NCBI GenBank assembly: GCA_000002445.1
Contig: AE017150.2
Span: forward strand, 992,001-1,056,000
DNA from: Trypanosoma brucei
Lineage: Eukaryota
Length of the DNA stretch: 64,000 nt
Direction: 5' to 3'
Position numbers and translations under genes: made by a program. The notes below the pieces were generated by a model, which did no database searches, had not been told where the DNA came from, and saw only the letters and a list, made by a program, of their open reading frames with translations. This document shows, in pieces, positions 1 to 11,500 of the stretch (positions within the stretch are counted from its first letter, which is position 1; each line of letters starts with the position of its first letter).

Positions 1-2193
1 AACAAACATGGCAACGTTCATGCCGCGGAGAAACTTTCCTTGAAGTTCCGCGAGTGTGACAGAGCACATATCATTGTCATCGGTGCATTCCAGGTATTCG
101 TCCACGCTAAAGAAGTGTGGCAAGCCCTGTGGAGGACAGACTTCTAGCGTACTCTCTCCGCGGAGGTTTACTGCCGTCTGCACATCATTCTGTCCCGTTC
201 CCGTTTTGTGGTTGAGTACAATCAAACGCACTCGGTTTGAAGGAACACTCTGTCGTTCCCTTGAAACCCTGATAATTGGTGACGACCCCCCCTCAACGAG
301 ACACATCCCATCTTCAGCCACTTTAACCGTATGAGACCCAGACACTCCACCAGTACTAAGCTCGCTGCACGGATGCCATCTCTTTCGGGAAACAACTGCA
401 GCCGGCGGGCGCACAAAGCTTTGAGATGCGGTAATGGACTCTGCACCCGCCACTAAACTGATCGATGACCCATTCATTCTCCCGGGGCCCTGAACTGCCT
501 TTTCCCTGGAACGCTTCTGAATGGAAAGTTGCTCGCTTCCACCCATACATACCCCCTGTCCTACACCTTGATTCTTATCTAGACTACAACTGGCTGACCT
601 GCATGTCGAACCTGGACGACTGTCGCCGCAACGAGCGATGCATGGGTTAATCGAACGAAGCTCCGTTCCGCATCGCAGATGCACACCCACAGAGCAGGAG
701 ATATGAGACTGCAGATATTGCTCACACTCCCTTTCCATGCCCACAGACACCCCCTCGGCAGACAAAATAGCCCCCTCACCCTCTTCCGCAGTACAAATCG
801 ACTGACGGGACGGCAAAGGTGAGCTTATAATCAAATTCGAGTCGCCTTTGAGGCCACTAAAGTACGGATACTCCATCCCCCCAATTAAACTATCCACCAA
901 AGAGTTACATGATGGAGTTCCAACCCTGCCACGTGCGCGGTCAGTAAGAATGGCAGATATGGGAAGAGCTTTCGACGGCAAACTGAGTCCGGTACCTTCT
1001 TTGACGTCCCCTAACGGCCCTTCGGCGCCCACAAAGTCAGAGGCTGCAGAAGGACATGAAAACGTTTTTGGTAGTACGTCGCCGACCATGGTGAGCTCAA
1101 CGTTACCGGAAGCTTTTCCTTCCTCGGTACGCAGAGGCTGCGCGTTCACGACTCCGGTGGGAGCACCTATGATGTCCTCGCTGCACCTCTGATATACCGC
1201 TCCACTCGTCCCATTTGTCAGGGCACCAGTTCCTCGATCATCATGTCGAGGAAACAGCATCAGTTCATTGTTGGATCCACTGTCCCCACGGCGCATAACT
1301 CCCATGCATATCTCACTAGCTTTTTGCGTGTGCCCCTCACTGCAACTTCCACTCGAGAGAACACCGGGAATCCCGTTGTCTGTGCAAAGTAGCCCCAATA
1401 CCATATCCACATCATAAAGGGAACTCTCACTCACACCTAAGGTATCACAGCCCCTTGTAGTGCCCTGCGGAAGATTGCATTTTCCGTCAAAGGCCCGGAA
1501 AGACCACCTCAGCCACCTCTCCGATGTTCCGTTAGGAGATGTTTTGCCCTGCAGACTGTTGGCCTCTCGCAGCACACCTACGTCGTTTCGGAGGGGACTC
1601 TCACTTGCTACCGTCAAACTCGACTGCAGCCCACCAAACTGGGCGAGCCTATTCGATTGGCCATCTAGAACCCGTGGTGGAGAGGTCGTCACGGTCGATT
1701 GCAGGGGCCAGGGACCCAGCCGCATTCCGTGAATGAAGGCATCAAGCCCATAATCGTGGCTATTCAGGTCGGCATGTTCACTCTGGAAAGCGTACGAGCA
1801 GACATAGTCGAGATCATAATACGGATAGTTTTCCCCCTCCAATGTCGCCGCTAGGTCGCTGGGCCTCGTATCAACTGTCAGGGCAACGTTGTCAATGGTT
1901 GAGCGCCCCTGAGCAACGGACACGGGCCCGTCTCCATCTTTGGCATCAAGATATATGGAAGACCTCCTCCTCCCTAAGTCTCCGTCATCAAGGCCATCCG
2001 ATCCAGTAGCCCACTCTGCAGTATTACAAACAATACTTCCACGGTCATTGTTTCCCGTTACATGAACACCAGTAGGGGAATTCCAGCCGTCGCTGAAGGT
2101 GTCTACTACCTCTTGGTGTTGCATTACCGCCTCGGACGCAAGAATATGGGACTCCACATTAGAAAAGCTTATCGAACCCTCAACATCGGACAT
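1..2193 (-). CDS. Inverted partial duplicate of the 5' ~730 codons of the 8506-14688 gene; start codon (CAT on + strand) at 2191-2193, reading frame runs off window at position 1. Status unclear: gene fragment, pseudogene or assembly artefact
   Basis: Mirror of 8506-10698 within the palindrome. It is absent from the ORF track only because no stop lies inside the window. It differs from the right-arm copy by two codons. Confidence 0.5.
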   Translation of the reverse strand, partial: MSDVEGSISFSNVESHILASEAVMQHQEVVDTFSDGWNSPTGVHVTGNNDRGSIVCNTAEWATGSDGLDDGDLGRRRSSIYLDAKDGDGPVSVAQGRSTIDNVALTVDTRPSDLAATLEGENYPYYDLDYVCSYAFQSEHADLNSHDYGLDAFIHGMRLGPWPLQSTVTTSPPRVLDGQSNRLAQFGGLQSSLTVASESPLRNDVGVLREANSLQGKTSPNGTSERWLRWSFRAFDGKCNLPQGTTRGCDTLGVSESSLYDVDMVLGLLCTDNGIPGVLSSGSCSEGHTQKASEICMGVMRRGDSGSNNELMLFPRHDDRGTGALTNGTSGAVYQRCSEDIIGAPTGVVNAQPLRTEEGKASGNVELTMVGDVLPKTFSCPSAASDFVGAEGPLGDVKEGTGLSLPSKALPISAILTDRARGRVGTPSCNSLVDSLIGGMEYPYFSGLKGDSNLIISSPLPSRQSICTAEEGEGAILSAEGVSVGMERECEQYLQSHISCSVGVHLRCGTELRSINPCIARCGDSRPGSTCRSASCSLDKNQGVGQGVCMGGSEQLSIQKRSREKAVQGPGRMNGSSISLVAGAESITASQSFVRPPAAVVSRKRWHPCSELSTGGVSGSHTVKVAEDGMCLVEGGSSPIIRVSRERQSVPSNRVRLIVLNHKTGTGQNDVQTAVNLRGESTLEVCPPQGLPHFFSVDEYLECTDDNDMCSVTLAELQGKFLRGMNVAMFV

Positions 2194-2693
2194 GTACGCT
2201 TGAAGATGGGGGAGGGGGGAAAGTGAACCTTGATACCTCACCCGTCACAGTTGGCTTCCTACACCAGCTCCTTCCTATATGTAGCGTGGAATACCCTTCA
2301 GCAGAGAGTGCAAGGATGCAGTGAAGTGGCGTAAAGAAGTAAGCAACACAGAAATATGAAGACAGAAACGGACGTGGCTCCATAATATTGCTACCTGAAG
2401 TTGCCGAGCATTGCTGACTATTAAAAAAAAAAAAAAACAGCGCCAGCACACTCGTATTGCCTTTATGCAGGACAATGGAGCCACGTGCGAATAGTGGGTT
2501 GTGAATGCAATGAAAAAGACATATATGTTTATAAACCAACAAAGATACATGCGCTTCTTGGTGGACGCAGACAGTCTTGTCAGCCCTGCCCACTCCCAAA
2601 CTACACTTCTATATAGTGCGAAGAAGGCATAACGCATCCAACAATAATCTGGACGTGCACAGTGAGGAGAGGAAGTTCTTACAAGGAAAAATA

Positions 2694-2694
<1 letters not shown>

Positions 2695-2729
<35 letters not shown>
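2695..2729. repeat. (TA)n microsatellite; longer than its right-arm partner
   Basis: Direct reading of tatatata... run. Confidence 0.9.
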
Positions 2730-2734
<5 letters not shown>

Positions 2735-4955
2735 CTACGCAAACAGTAGAATCATAACCCCCCCCCCGGTATTTTCCCCGCCGGGTGCCATCCACAACAA
2801 ACTAAAACCCGTTCTCACGGTAGAACGCCCGGATTCCGTTCCAGTAGTGATAATTCGAGTACTTGGTACAACATTTCTCTATCATGCCCTGATGACAAAT
2901 CAGTACAGCTCACCTAAGGAGAATAACAATAAATTCGTAGCTACTTTCTGAAGTGTAGTTTGGTAGACCGGGCCATGTTCCGCTCACAACATTCAGTGCC
3001 CAAATTTTCCATACATATGCAATTGGTCAGATGGTATATTGTCATCCAACTTTCTTGCGCCGTCGCGGGCAGCTGGATACCCCAGCAGACGGCAGTGTCT
3101 TTGTTGGAAACAATGTTATGTATGGGAAGGTGCGTACACACACAGGGTGGGGACCTTCATGGTTTTTTCCATGGCCCACTTCAATGCTACAAGTTAACCG
3201 ACCTGCTGTAGATGCAGTGGAAACCAACATACGTAAAAACTAATATGCCATGATAAATCCTTAGAGGAACACAACTGCTCAACGGTGTCATACGACCCCC
3301 ACACCTCCAGTAAACGTTTGAAATACTGATAAGTGCGTCCATGTATGGATCCACATCCCGAGACGCCGGCTGGCCGCCTTCAACAAGACACGGATTTCCA
3401 TTCAAGTACTAACACAGTAGCCAATACCGAGAGAAAATCCTCCACATAGTGTGCAACTAGAAACATCGGTTTCTCGCACCATGTTCGCATCGCAGCCGCC
3501 CCCCTCCAATCTCACCAAGAGGAAGTAGTGCATCACTGAGTCTGCCTTGTTGTACTTTCCACGCAGTCAAATAGTTATTACTCGCAGTTTCCTAGCGTTC
3601 AAACATAATCCAAGCTCCCCAATAGAAGGGTTGACGCTCGCACCCTGACAATCAGGTCAGTATGGCTAAGACAAATATGATGGTAACATAGAGCATATCG
3701 AATATAAATCATAGTATGATACTCACATTTCTACGCTGGGCAAACAGACGTTATTGAGACCCTTTTTTCTCACCAGAGGACGGGGATGAAAAGAAGAAAG
3801 CAAAGCACTCACTATTAACGCGGAAGGATATTGTGAAGGCGCACATATAGGTCTAAGATTGAGTTGTTTCGGATGCCTTCAAAGGGATTTGTGTCCAAAC
3901 AACTTCACATACACGGGATACGTATCCCATTCACGCACCTCCCAACCCCAACTTAGCGCACCCCAATGGGTTTACCACTCGGTGCATGCAACCTTTCGCC
4001 ATCTAAAAAATAAGTACTCGTTGTAGGTCATGGATCCTTGCTAAGCGCACCTCCTGAGGATATGCAACAACCTATCCATGGGTATACCACGGAACCGACG
4101 ACGTTAAAGATACGTAAACAAGGGAGAAAGATTATCTGAAGATTTCCTAACATGGTTTGAGTCGGTGACCAACAGCGTACATTCCCTTCCGTACCCCATC
4201 CCTAATAAAAACGTACACCCTTATCCCAGCCGTCCGCGATCACATCACTATTGCTATTTCTGTTTTTTAGAACTCTAAAACACATCAAGGGCCGTACTGA
4301 CAAACCTTCCGCACCCACCACCAAAACAGTGGCGAGGCCGCCGACCGCAGCAGTGGTAACCGGAAGAGGAAGGAAACAAACAATGGTGCGGTAGTAACCT
4401 GCTCTTCGAAATTCAGCAGTAGATGACAGATACTTGCTAGCTCTCTGCAAGTCCCACGCAGGATAGGCGTACGGCACAGTGCAACGTGTTACGGCTGCGC
4501 AGCAAGGTCAAGCACACGAAGTACCGGTTCGCTTCATCGTTGCATGACGCACGATCAGAAGATTCAATGGAATAATCGACACATAATATATTGGATCACC
4601 TAATTTTCTCTATACTGCCAATCCACCGTGGAAAACTGACGCACTTACAAAGGGTTAGAGGAAGTTCCACCGAAAAAAATATAGCATACTATGACCCGTG
4701 CTAAAAATCAGGGGCGGCTGCCACACCGTTATCGAACGCCCAGGCCGAACACGCACGCACGCACGCACGCACGTGACCGGCGCGGCAGAAACTTTGAGGC
4801 GCAGTAAATAAACCGACAGCGTCAGGCACCGACGGAAAGAGCACGTAAAACACCGCAAGTAGAATTTTACGTACCGGAAGGCTGTAAGTCACGCGAGAAC
4901 CGGGAAAGCAGCAGTACGCTCGGCCCGTATTAATCAAGTGTGCAGGCGACCTCTT

Positions 4956-4971
4956 GGGTTAGGGTTAGGGT
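4956..4971. repeat. Telomere-like hexamer block GGGTTAGGGTTAGGGT (2.5 x TTAGGG), interstitial
   Basis: Read directly. The mirror copy ACCCTAACCCTAACCC lies at 5737-5752. Each arm also has an adjacent (CGCA)n run (4741-4766 and partner). Confidence 0.85.
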
Positions 4972-5286
4972 CGGCCGCTTCAACCACCCACCGAAAATAC
5001 AACAAAAAAGGCAGAACTAGAAACAACAGCAGACCTCCACACGTGCGATGACACCCACAATAAAGGGCGACGTGGGCGGGGAAGGCGGTGGGGCTGAAGC
5101 GCGGAAGCGGCCGCACGAGGAGCCGTTCCTCGCCCTCCGCGTTTGGACGGACGGAAAGGGCACGGTTCCGCCGACGTCGCCCACACACAGCTATCCAGAC
5201 CCCTCTCACCCTCCAACAAGCGGGCGCAGGGCATCTAGACAACCAACCTCGTAGAACGAGGTGGGGAACCACATCCCCAACCCGGC

Positions 5287-5421
5287 CCAGCTGTCTAATT
5301 ATGCTATTAAAACCCAAAGTGCGGGAAGCGAGTCTCCGTACGCGAGTCCGATGGGTGCTTCTCGCAAGTTGAAAATGTTATGGTAACACGGCACCTCTGC
5401 CTTTACGTTTGGTTCCTTGGT
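5287..5421. other. Unique 135-bp spacer/loop at centre of palindrome (centre ~5354)
   Basis: The sequence between the arm ends has no reverse-complement partner. It is more AT-rich than the flanking GC-rich arm ends. Confidence 0.8.
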
Positions 5422-7972
5422 GCCGGGTTGGGGATGTGGTTCCCCACCTCGTTCTACGAGGTTGGTTGTCTAGATGCCCTGCGCCCGCTTGTTGGAGGGT
5501 GAGAGGGGTCTGGATAGCTGTGTGTGGGCGACGTCGGCGGAACCGTGCCCTTTCCGTCCGTCCAAACGCGGAGGGCGAGGAACGGCTCCTCGTGCGGCCG
5601 CTTCCGCGCTTCAGCCCCACCGCCTTCCCCGCCCACGTCGCCCTTTATTGTGGGTGTCATCGCACGTGTGGAGGTCTGCTGTTGTTTCTAGTTCTGCCTT
5701 TTTTGTTGTATTTTCGGTGGGTGGTTGAAGCGGCCGACCCTAACCCTAACCCAAGAGGTCGCCTGCACACTTGATTAATACGGGCCGAGCGTACTGCTGC
5801 TTTCCCGGTTCTCGCGTGACTTACAGCCTTCCGGTACGTAAAATTCTACTTGCGGTGTTTTACGTGCTCTTTCCGTCGGTGCCTGACGCTGTCGGTTTAT
5901 TTACTGCGCCTCAAAGTTTCTGCCGCGCCGGTCACGTGCGTGCGTGCGTGCGTGCGTGTTCGGCCTGGGCGTTCGATAACGGTGTGGCAGCCGCCCCTGA
6001 TTTTTAGCACGGGTCATAGTATGCTATATTTTTTTCGGTGGAACTTCCTCTAACCCTTTGTAAGTGCGTCAGTTTTCCACGGTGGATTGGCAGTATAGAG
6101 AAAATTAGGTGATCCAATATATTATGTGTCGATTATTCCATTGAATCTTCTGATCGTGCGTCATGCAACGATGAAGCGAACCGGTACTTCGTGTGCTTGA
6201 CCTTGCTGCGCAGCCGTAACACGTTGCACTGTGCCGTACGCCTATCCTGCGTGGGACTTGCAGAGAGCTAGCAAGTATCTGTCATCTACTGCTGAATTTC
6301 GAAGAGCAGGTTACTACCGCACCATTGTTTGTTTCCTTCCTCTTCCGGTTACCACTGCTGCGGTCGGCGGCCTCGCCACTGTTTTGGTGGTGGGTGCGGA
6401 AGGTTTGTCAGTACGGCCCTTGATGTGTTTTAGAGTTCTAAAAAACAGAAATAGCAATAGTGATGTGATCGCGGACGGCTGGGATAAGGGTGTACGTTTT
6501 TATTAGGGATGGGGTACGGAAGGGAATGTACGCTGTTGGTCACCGACTCAAACCATGTTAGGAAATCTTCAGATAATCTTTCTCCCTTGTTTACGTATCT
6601 TTAACGTCGTCGGTTCCGTGGTATACCCATGGATAGGTTGTTGCATATCCTCAGGAGGTGCGCTTAGCAAGGATCCATGACCTACAACGAGTACTTATTT
6701 TTTAGATGGCGAAAGGTTGCATGCACCGAGTGGTAAACCCATTGGGGTGCGCTAAGTTGGGGTTGGGAGGTGCGTGAATGGGATACGTATCCCGTGTATG
6801 TGAAGTTGTTTGGACACAAATCCCTTTGAAGGCATCCGAAACAACTCAATCTTAGACCTATATGTGCGCCTTCACAATATCCTTCCGCGTTAATAGTGAG
6901 TGCTTTGCTTTCTTCTTTTCATCCCCGTCCTCTGGTGAGAAAAAAGGGTCTCAATAACGTCTGTTTGCCCAGCGTAGAAATGTGAGTATCATACTATGAT
7001 TTATATTCGATATGCTCTATGTTACCATCATATTTGTCTTAGCCATACTGACCTGATTGTCAGGGTGCGAGCGTCAACCCTTCTATTGGGGAGCTTGGAT
7101 TATGTTTGAACGCTAGGAAACTGCGAGTAATAACTATTTGACTGCGTGGAAAGTACAACAAGGCAGACTCAGTGATGCACTACTTCCTCTTGGTGAGATT
7201 GGAGGGGGGCGGCTGCGATGCGAACATGGTGCGAGAAACCGATGTTTCTAGTTGCACACTATGTGGAGGATTTTCTCTCGGTATTGGCTACTGTGTTAGT
7301 ACTTGAATGGAAATCCGTGTCTTGTTGAAGGCGGCCAGCCGGCGTCTCGGGATGTGGATCCATACATGGACGCACTTATCAGTATTTCAAACGTTTACTG
7401 GAGGTGTGGGGGTCGTATGACACCGTTGAGCAGTTGTGTTCCTCTAAGGATTTATCATGGCATATTAGTTTTTACGTATGTTGGTTTCCACTGCATCTAC
7501 AGCAGGTCGGTTAACTTGTAGCATTGAAGTGGGCCATGGAAAAAACCATGAAGGTCCCCACCCTGTGTGTGTACGCACCTTCCCATACATAACATTGTTT
7601 CCAACAAAGACACTGCCGTCTGCTGGGGTATCCAGCTGCCCGCGACGGCGCAAGAAAGTTGGATGACAATATACCATCTGACCAATTGCATATGTATGGA
7701 AAATTTGGGCACTGAATGTTGTGAGCGGAACATGGCCCGGTCTACCAAACTACACTTCAGAAAGTAGCTACGAATTTATTGTTATTCTCCTTAGGTGAGC
7801 TGTACTGATTTGTCATCAGGGCATGATAGAGAAATGTTGTACCAAGTACTCGAATTATCACTACTGGAACGGAATCCGGGCGTTCTACCGTGAGAACGGG
7901 TTTTAGTTTGTTGTGGATGGCACCCGGCGGGGAAAATACCGGGGGGGGGTTATGATTCTACTGTTTGCGTAG

Positions 7973-7977
<5 letters not shown>

Positions 7978-8004
<27 letters not shown>
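7978..8004. repeat. (TA)n microsatellite, right-arm partner of 2695-2729
   Basis: Direct reading. The length difference accounts for the 9-bp shift in mirror coordinate sums. Confidence 0.9.
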
Positions 8005-8473
8005 CTATTTTTCCTTGTAAGAACTTCCTCTCCTCACTGTGCACGTCCAGATTATTGTTGGATGCGTTATGCCTTCTTCGCACTATATAGAAGTGTAGTT
8101 TGGGAGTGGGCAGGGCTGACAAGACTGTCTGCGTCCACCAAGAAGCGCATGTATCTTTGTTGGTTTATAAACATATATGTCTTTTTCATTGCATTCACAA
8201 CCCACTATTCGCACGTGGCTCCATTGTCCTGCATAAAGGCAATACGAGTGTGCTGGCGCTGTTTTTTTTTTTTTTTAATAGTCAGCAATGCTCGGCAACT
8301 TCAGGTAGCAATATTATGGAGCCACGTCCGTTTCTGTCTTCATATTTCTGTGTTGCTTACTTCTTTACGCCACTTCACTGCATCCTTGCACTCTCTGCTG
8401 AAGGGTATTCCACGCTACATATAGGAAGGAGCTGGTGTAGGAAGCCAACTGTGACGGGTGAGGTATCAAGGTT

Positions 8474-8500
8474 CACTTTCCCCCCTCCCCCATCTTCAAG
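8474..8500 (+). promoter_or_regulatory. Polypyrimidine tract plus AG (8499-8500): putative trans-splice acceptor for the 8506 gene
   Basis: ttcactttcccccctcccccatcttcaag lies immediately upstream of the first ATG. This is the typical kinetoplastid SL-addition context. Confidence 0.5.
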
Positions 8501-8505
8501 CGTAC

Positions 8506-11500
8506 ATGTCCGATGTTGAGGGTTCGATAAGCTTTTCTAATGTGGAGTCCCATATTCTTGCGTCCGAGGCGGTAATGCAACACCAAGAGGTAGTAGACAC
8601 CTTCAGCGACGGCTGGAATTCCCCTACTGGTGTTCATGTAACGGGAAACAATGACCGTGGAAGTATTGTTTGTAATACTGCAGAGTGGGCTACTGGATCG
8701 GATGGCCTTGATGACGGAGACTTAGGGAGGAGGAGGTCTTCCATATATCTTGATGCCAAAGATGGAGACGGGCCCGTGTCCGTTGCTCAGGGGCGCTCAA
8801 CCATTGACAACGTTGCCCTGACAGTTGATACGAGGCCCAGCGACCTAGCGGCGACATTGGAGGGGGAAAACTATCCGTATTATGATCTCGACTATGTCTG
8901 CTCGTACGCTTTCCAGAGTGAACATGCCGACCTGAATAGCCACGATTATGGGCTTGATGCCTTCATTCACGGAATGCGGCTGGGTCCCTGGCCCCTGCAA
9001 TCGACCGTGACGACCTCTCCACCACGGGTTCTAGATGGCCAATCGAATAGGCTCGCCCAGTTTGGTGGGCTGCAGTCGAGTTTGACGGTAGCAAGTGAGA
9101 GTCCCCTCCGAAACGACGTAGGTGTGCTGCGAGAGGCCAACAGTCTGCAGGACAAAACATCTCCTAACGGAACATCGGAGAGGTGGCTGAGGTGGTCTTT
9201 CCGGGCCTTTGACGGAAAATGCAATCTTCCGCAGGGCACTACAAGGGGCTGTGATACCTTAGGTGTGAGTGAGAGTTCCCTTTATGATGTGGATATGGTA
9301 TTGGGGCTACTTTGCACAGACAACGGGATTCCCGGTGTTCTCTCGAGTGGAAGTTGCAGTGAGGGGCACACGCAAAAAGCTAGTGAGATATGCATGGGAG
9401 TTATGCGCCGTGGGGACAGTGGATCCAACAATGAACTGATGCTGTTTCCTCGACATGATGATCGAGGAACTGGTGCCCTGACAAATGGGACGAGTGGAGC
9501 GGTATATCCGAGGTGCAGCGAGGACATCATAGGTGCTCCCACCGGAGTCGTGAACGCGCAGCCTCTGCGTACCGAGGAAGGAAAAGCTTCCGGTAACGTT
9601 GAGCTCACCATGGTCGGCGACGTACTACCAAAAACGTTTTCATGTCCTTCTGCAGCCTCTGACTTTGTGGGCGCCGAAGGGCCGTTAGGGGACGTCAAAG
9701 AAGGTACCGGACTCAGTTTGCCGTCGAAAGCTCTTCCCATATCTGCCATTCTTACTGACCGCGCACGTGGCAGGGTTGGAACTCCATCATGTAACTCTTT
9801 GGTGGATAGTTTAATTGGGGGGATGGAGTATCCGTACTTTAGTGGCCTCAAAGGCGACTCGAATTTGATTATAAGCTCACCTTTGCCGTCCCGTCAGTCG
9901 ATTTGTACTGCGGAAGAGGGTGAGGGGGCTATTTTGTCTGCCGAGGGGGTGTCTGTGGGCATGGAAAGGGAGTGTGAGCAATATCTGCAGTCTCATATCT
10001 CCTGCTCTGTGGGTGTGCATCTGCGATGCGGAACGGAGCTTCGTTCGATTAACCCATGCATCGCTCGTTGCGGCGACAGTCGTCCAGGTTCGACATGCAG
10101 GCCAGCCAGTTGTAGTCTAGATAAGAATCAAGGTGTAGGACAGGGGGTATGTATGGGTGGAAGCGAGCAACTTTCCATTCAGAAGCGTTCCAGGGAAAAG
10201 GCAGTTCAGGGCCCCGGGAGAATGAATGGGTCATCGATCAGTTTAGTGGCGGGTGCAGAGTCCATTACCGCATCTCAAAGCTTTGTGCGCCCGCCGGCTG
10301 CAGTTGTTTCCCGAAAGAGATGGCATCCGTGCAGCGAGCTTAGTACTGGTGGAGTGTCTGGGTCTCATACGGTTAAAGTGGCTGAAGATGGGATGTGTCT
10401 CGTTGAGGGGGGGTCGTCACCAATTATCAGGGTTTCAAGGGAACGACAGAGTGTTCCTTCAAACCGAGTGCGTTTGATTGTACTCAACCACAAAACGGGA
10501 ACGGGACAGAATGATGTGCAGACGGCAGTAAACCTCCGCGGAGAGAGTACGCTAGAAGTCTGTCCTCCACAGGGCTTGCCACACTTCTTTAGCGTGGACG
10601 AATACCTGGAATGCACCGATGACAATGATATGTGCTCTGTCACACTCGCGGAACTTCAAGGAAAGTTTCTCCGCGGCATGAACGTTGCCATGTTTGTTGC
10701 TGGAAGTGAGTCAGTACCACTGTCTGGCTGGTGTGCGGTTTTTGAGGTGATGAATCATGTGTTTCGTGACATCAATGATGAGTGCGAGTTGTTTATGTCC
10801 GTTGTCCTAATACGACAGGAGTCAGCACGGGATTTGCTTTCTGAGTCCGAAGGGGGGGTGCGAACTCTAAGTTCCTCCGTCATGGCTCCTTGGGTTGCCT
10901 TTGAAAACGTCACCCATATGAAACTGAAGAGCGCACATCACTTCATCACACTTTTATCGCGTGGTCTCGAAGTTGCCGATTTGAAGCACAATTGTGTCGG
11001 AAGTCGTGTAGTTTTGTCCGTCATGTTGAAACAAATTGATGTGAATGATGTAATTTTGTCGTCGATGCTTGTGACGGGTGGTGCTACCCCTAACGACCTT
11101 GATGTGCTACTGAGGGAAGGTGACCAAAGTGCACGAAAGCTATTCCATGAAGCGTTGGGTGGTCCTTATTTCACTGTTGTGGTTTCCTCACTCTGTGAAA
11201 GGGACAGAGACCTTCTGCAGCTTCTGAGCGCCCAACATAAGTTCACTTCCGTTGTCAACCAACCGTGTACCGTAGGAAGCGTGAGTCGGTTGATCGATAA
11301 TGCGGAGGCGGAGGTTGCTGGGTGTTCCACTGACGATCAAATTGTATTGGAAAGAAAACAATTCTTGCTTGAGCGCATAGCGCTTGCGAAACATATTATG
11401 TATAACCCCAAAGGGCTTTCACTGGTAGTTGACGTGGAGGAATCAGTACGACTTGAGAAGAGGGTTCATTGTGGTGTGAAATTTGACAAGCAACCGTTCC

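Larger units (their letters stand above)
1..5286. repeat. Left arm of giant inverted repeat (palindrome); reverse complement of 5422-10698; truncated by window start
   Basis: Mirrored ORF pairs in the track have identical translations and constant coordinate sums (56..334+/10365..10643-; 4202..4477-/6231..6506+; 4934..5317-/5409..5774+). Sum is 10699 outside and 10708 inside the (TA)n tract. Inner ends are CCCCAACCCGGC 5275-5286 versus GCCGGGTTGGGG 5422-5433. Confidence 0.93.
5422..10698. repeat. Right arm of giant inverted repeat; holds the ~3 kb upstream region and first ~2.19 kb of the first pseudokinesin-like gene
   Basis: Reverse complement of 1-5286. Only differences seen are an A/G SNP (left LTC vs right LAC in ORFs 465..650/10049..10234), a C/T SNP (P vs S in ORFs 1460..1732/8967..9239) and (TA)n length (2695-2729 vs 7978-8004). 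Confidence 0.93.

Noticed and set aside
8458-8505. ORF-track start codons GTG/TTG (8458, 16392, 23007, 29671, 39953, 41981, 54288, 56153)
   Set aside because: Prokaryote-style alternative starts are not appropriate for a eukaryote. Each has an in-frame ATG downstream preceded by a polypyrimidine tract and AG, so starts were reassigned.
2180-8519. Mirrored short ORFs inside the palindrome (e.g. 2180..2599-/8100..8519+, 4934..5317-/5409..5774+, 5088..5372+/5378..5620-)
   Set aside because: Each exists only as a reverse-complement pair generated by the inverted repeat. Translations are low-complexity or random with no domain signal, and several overlap the (TA)n tract or GC-rich spacer flanks.
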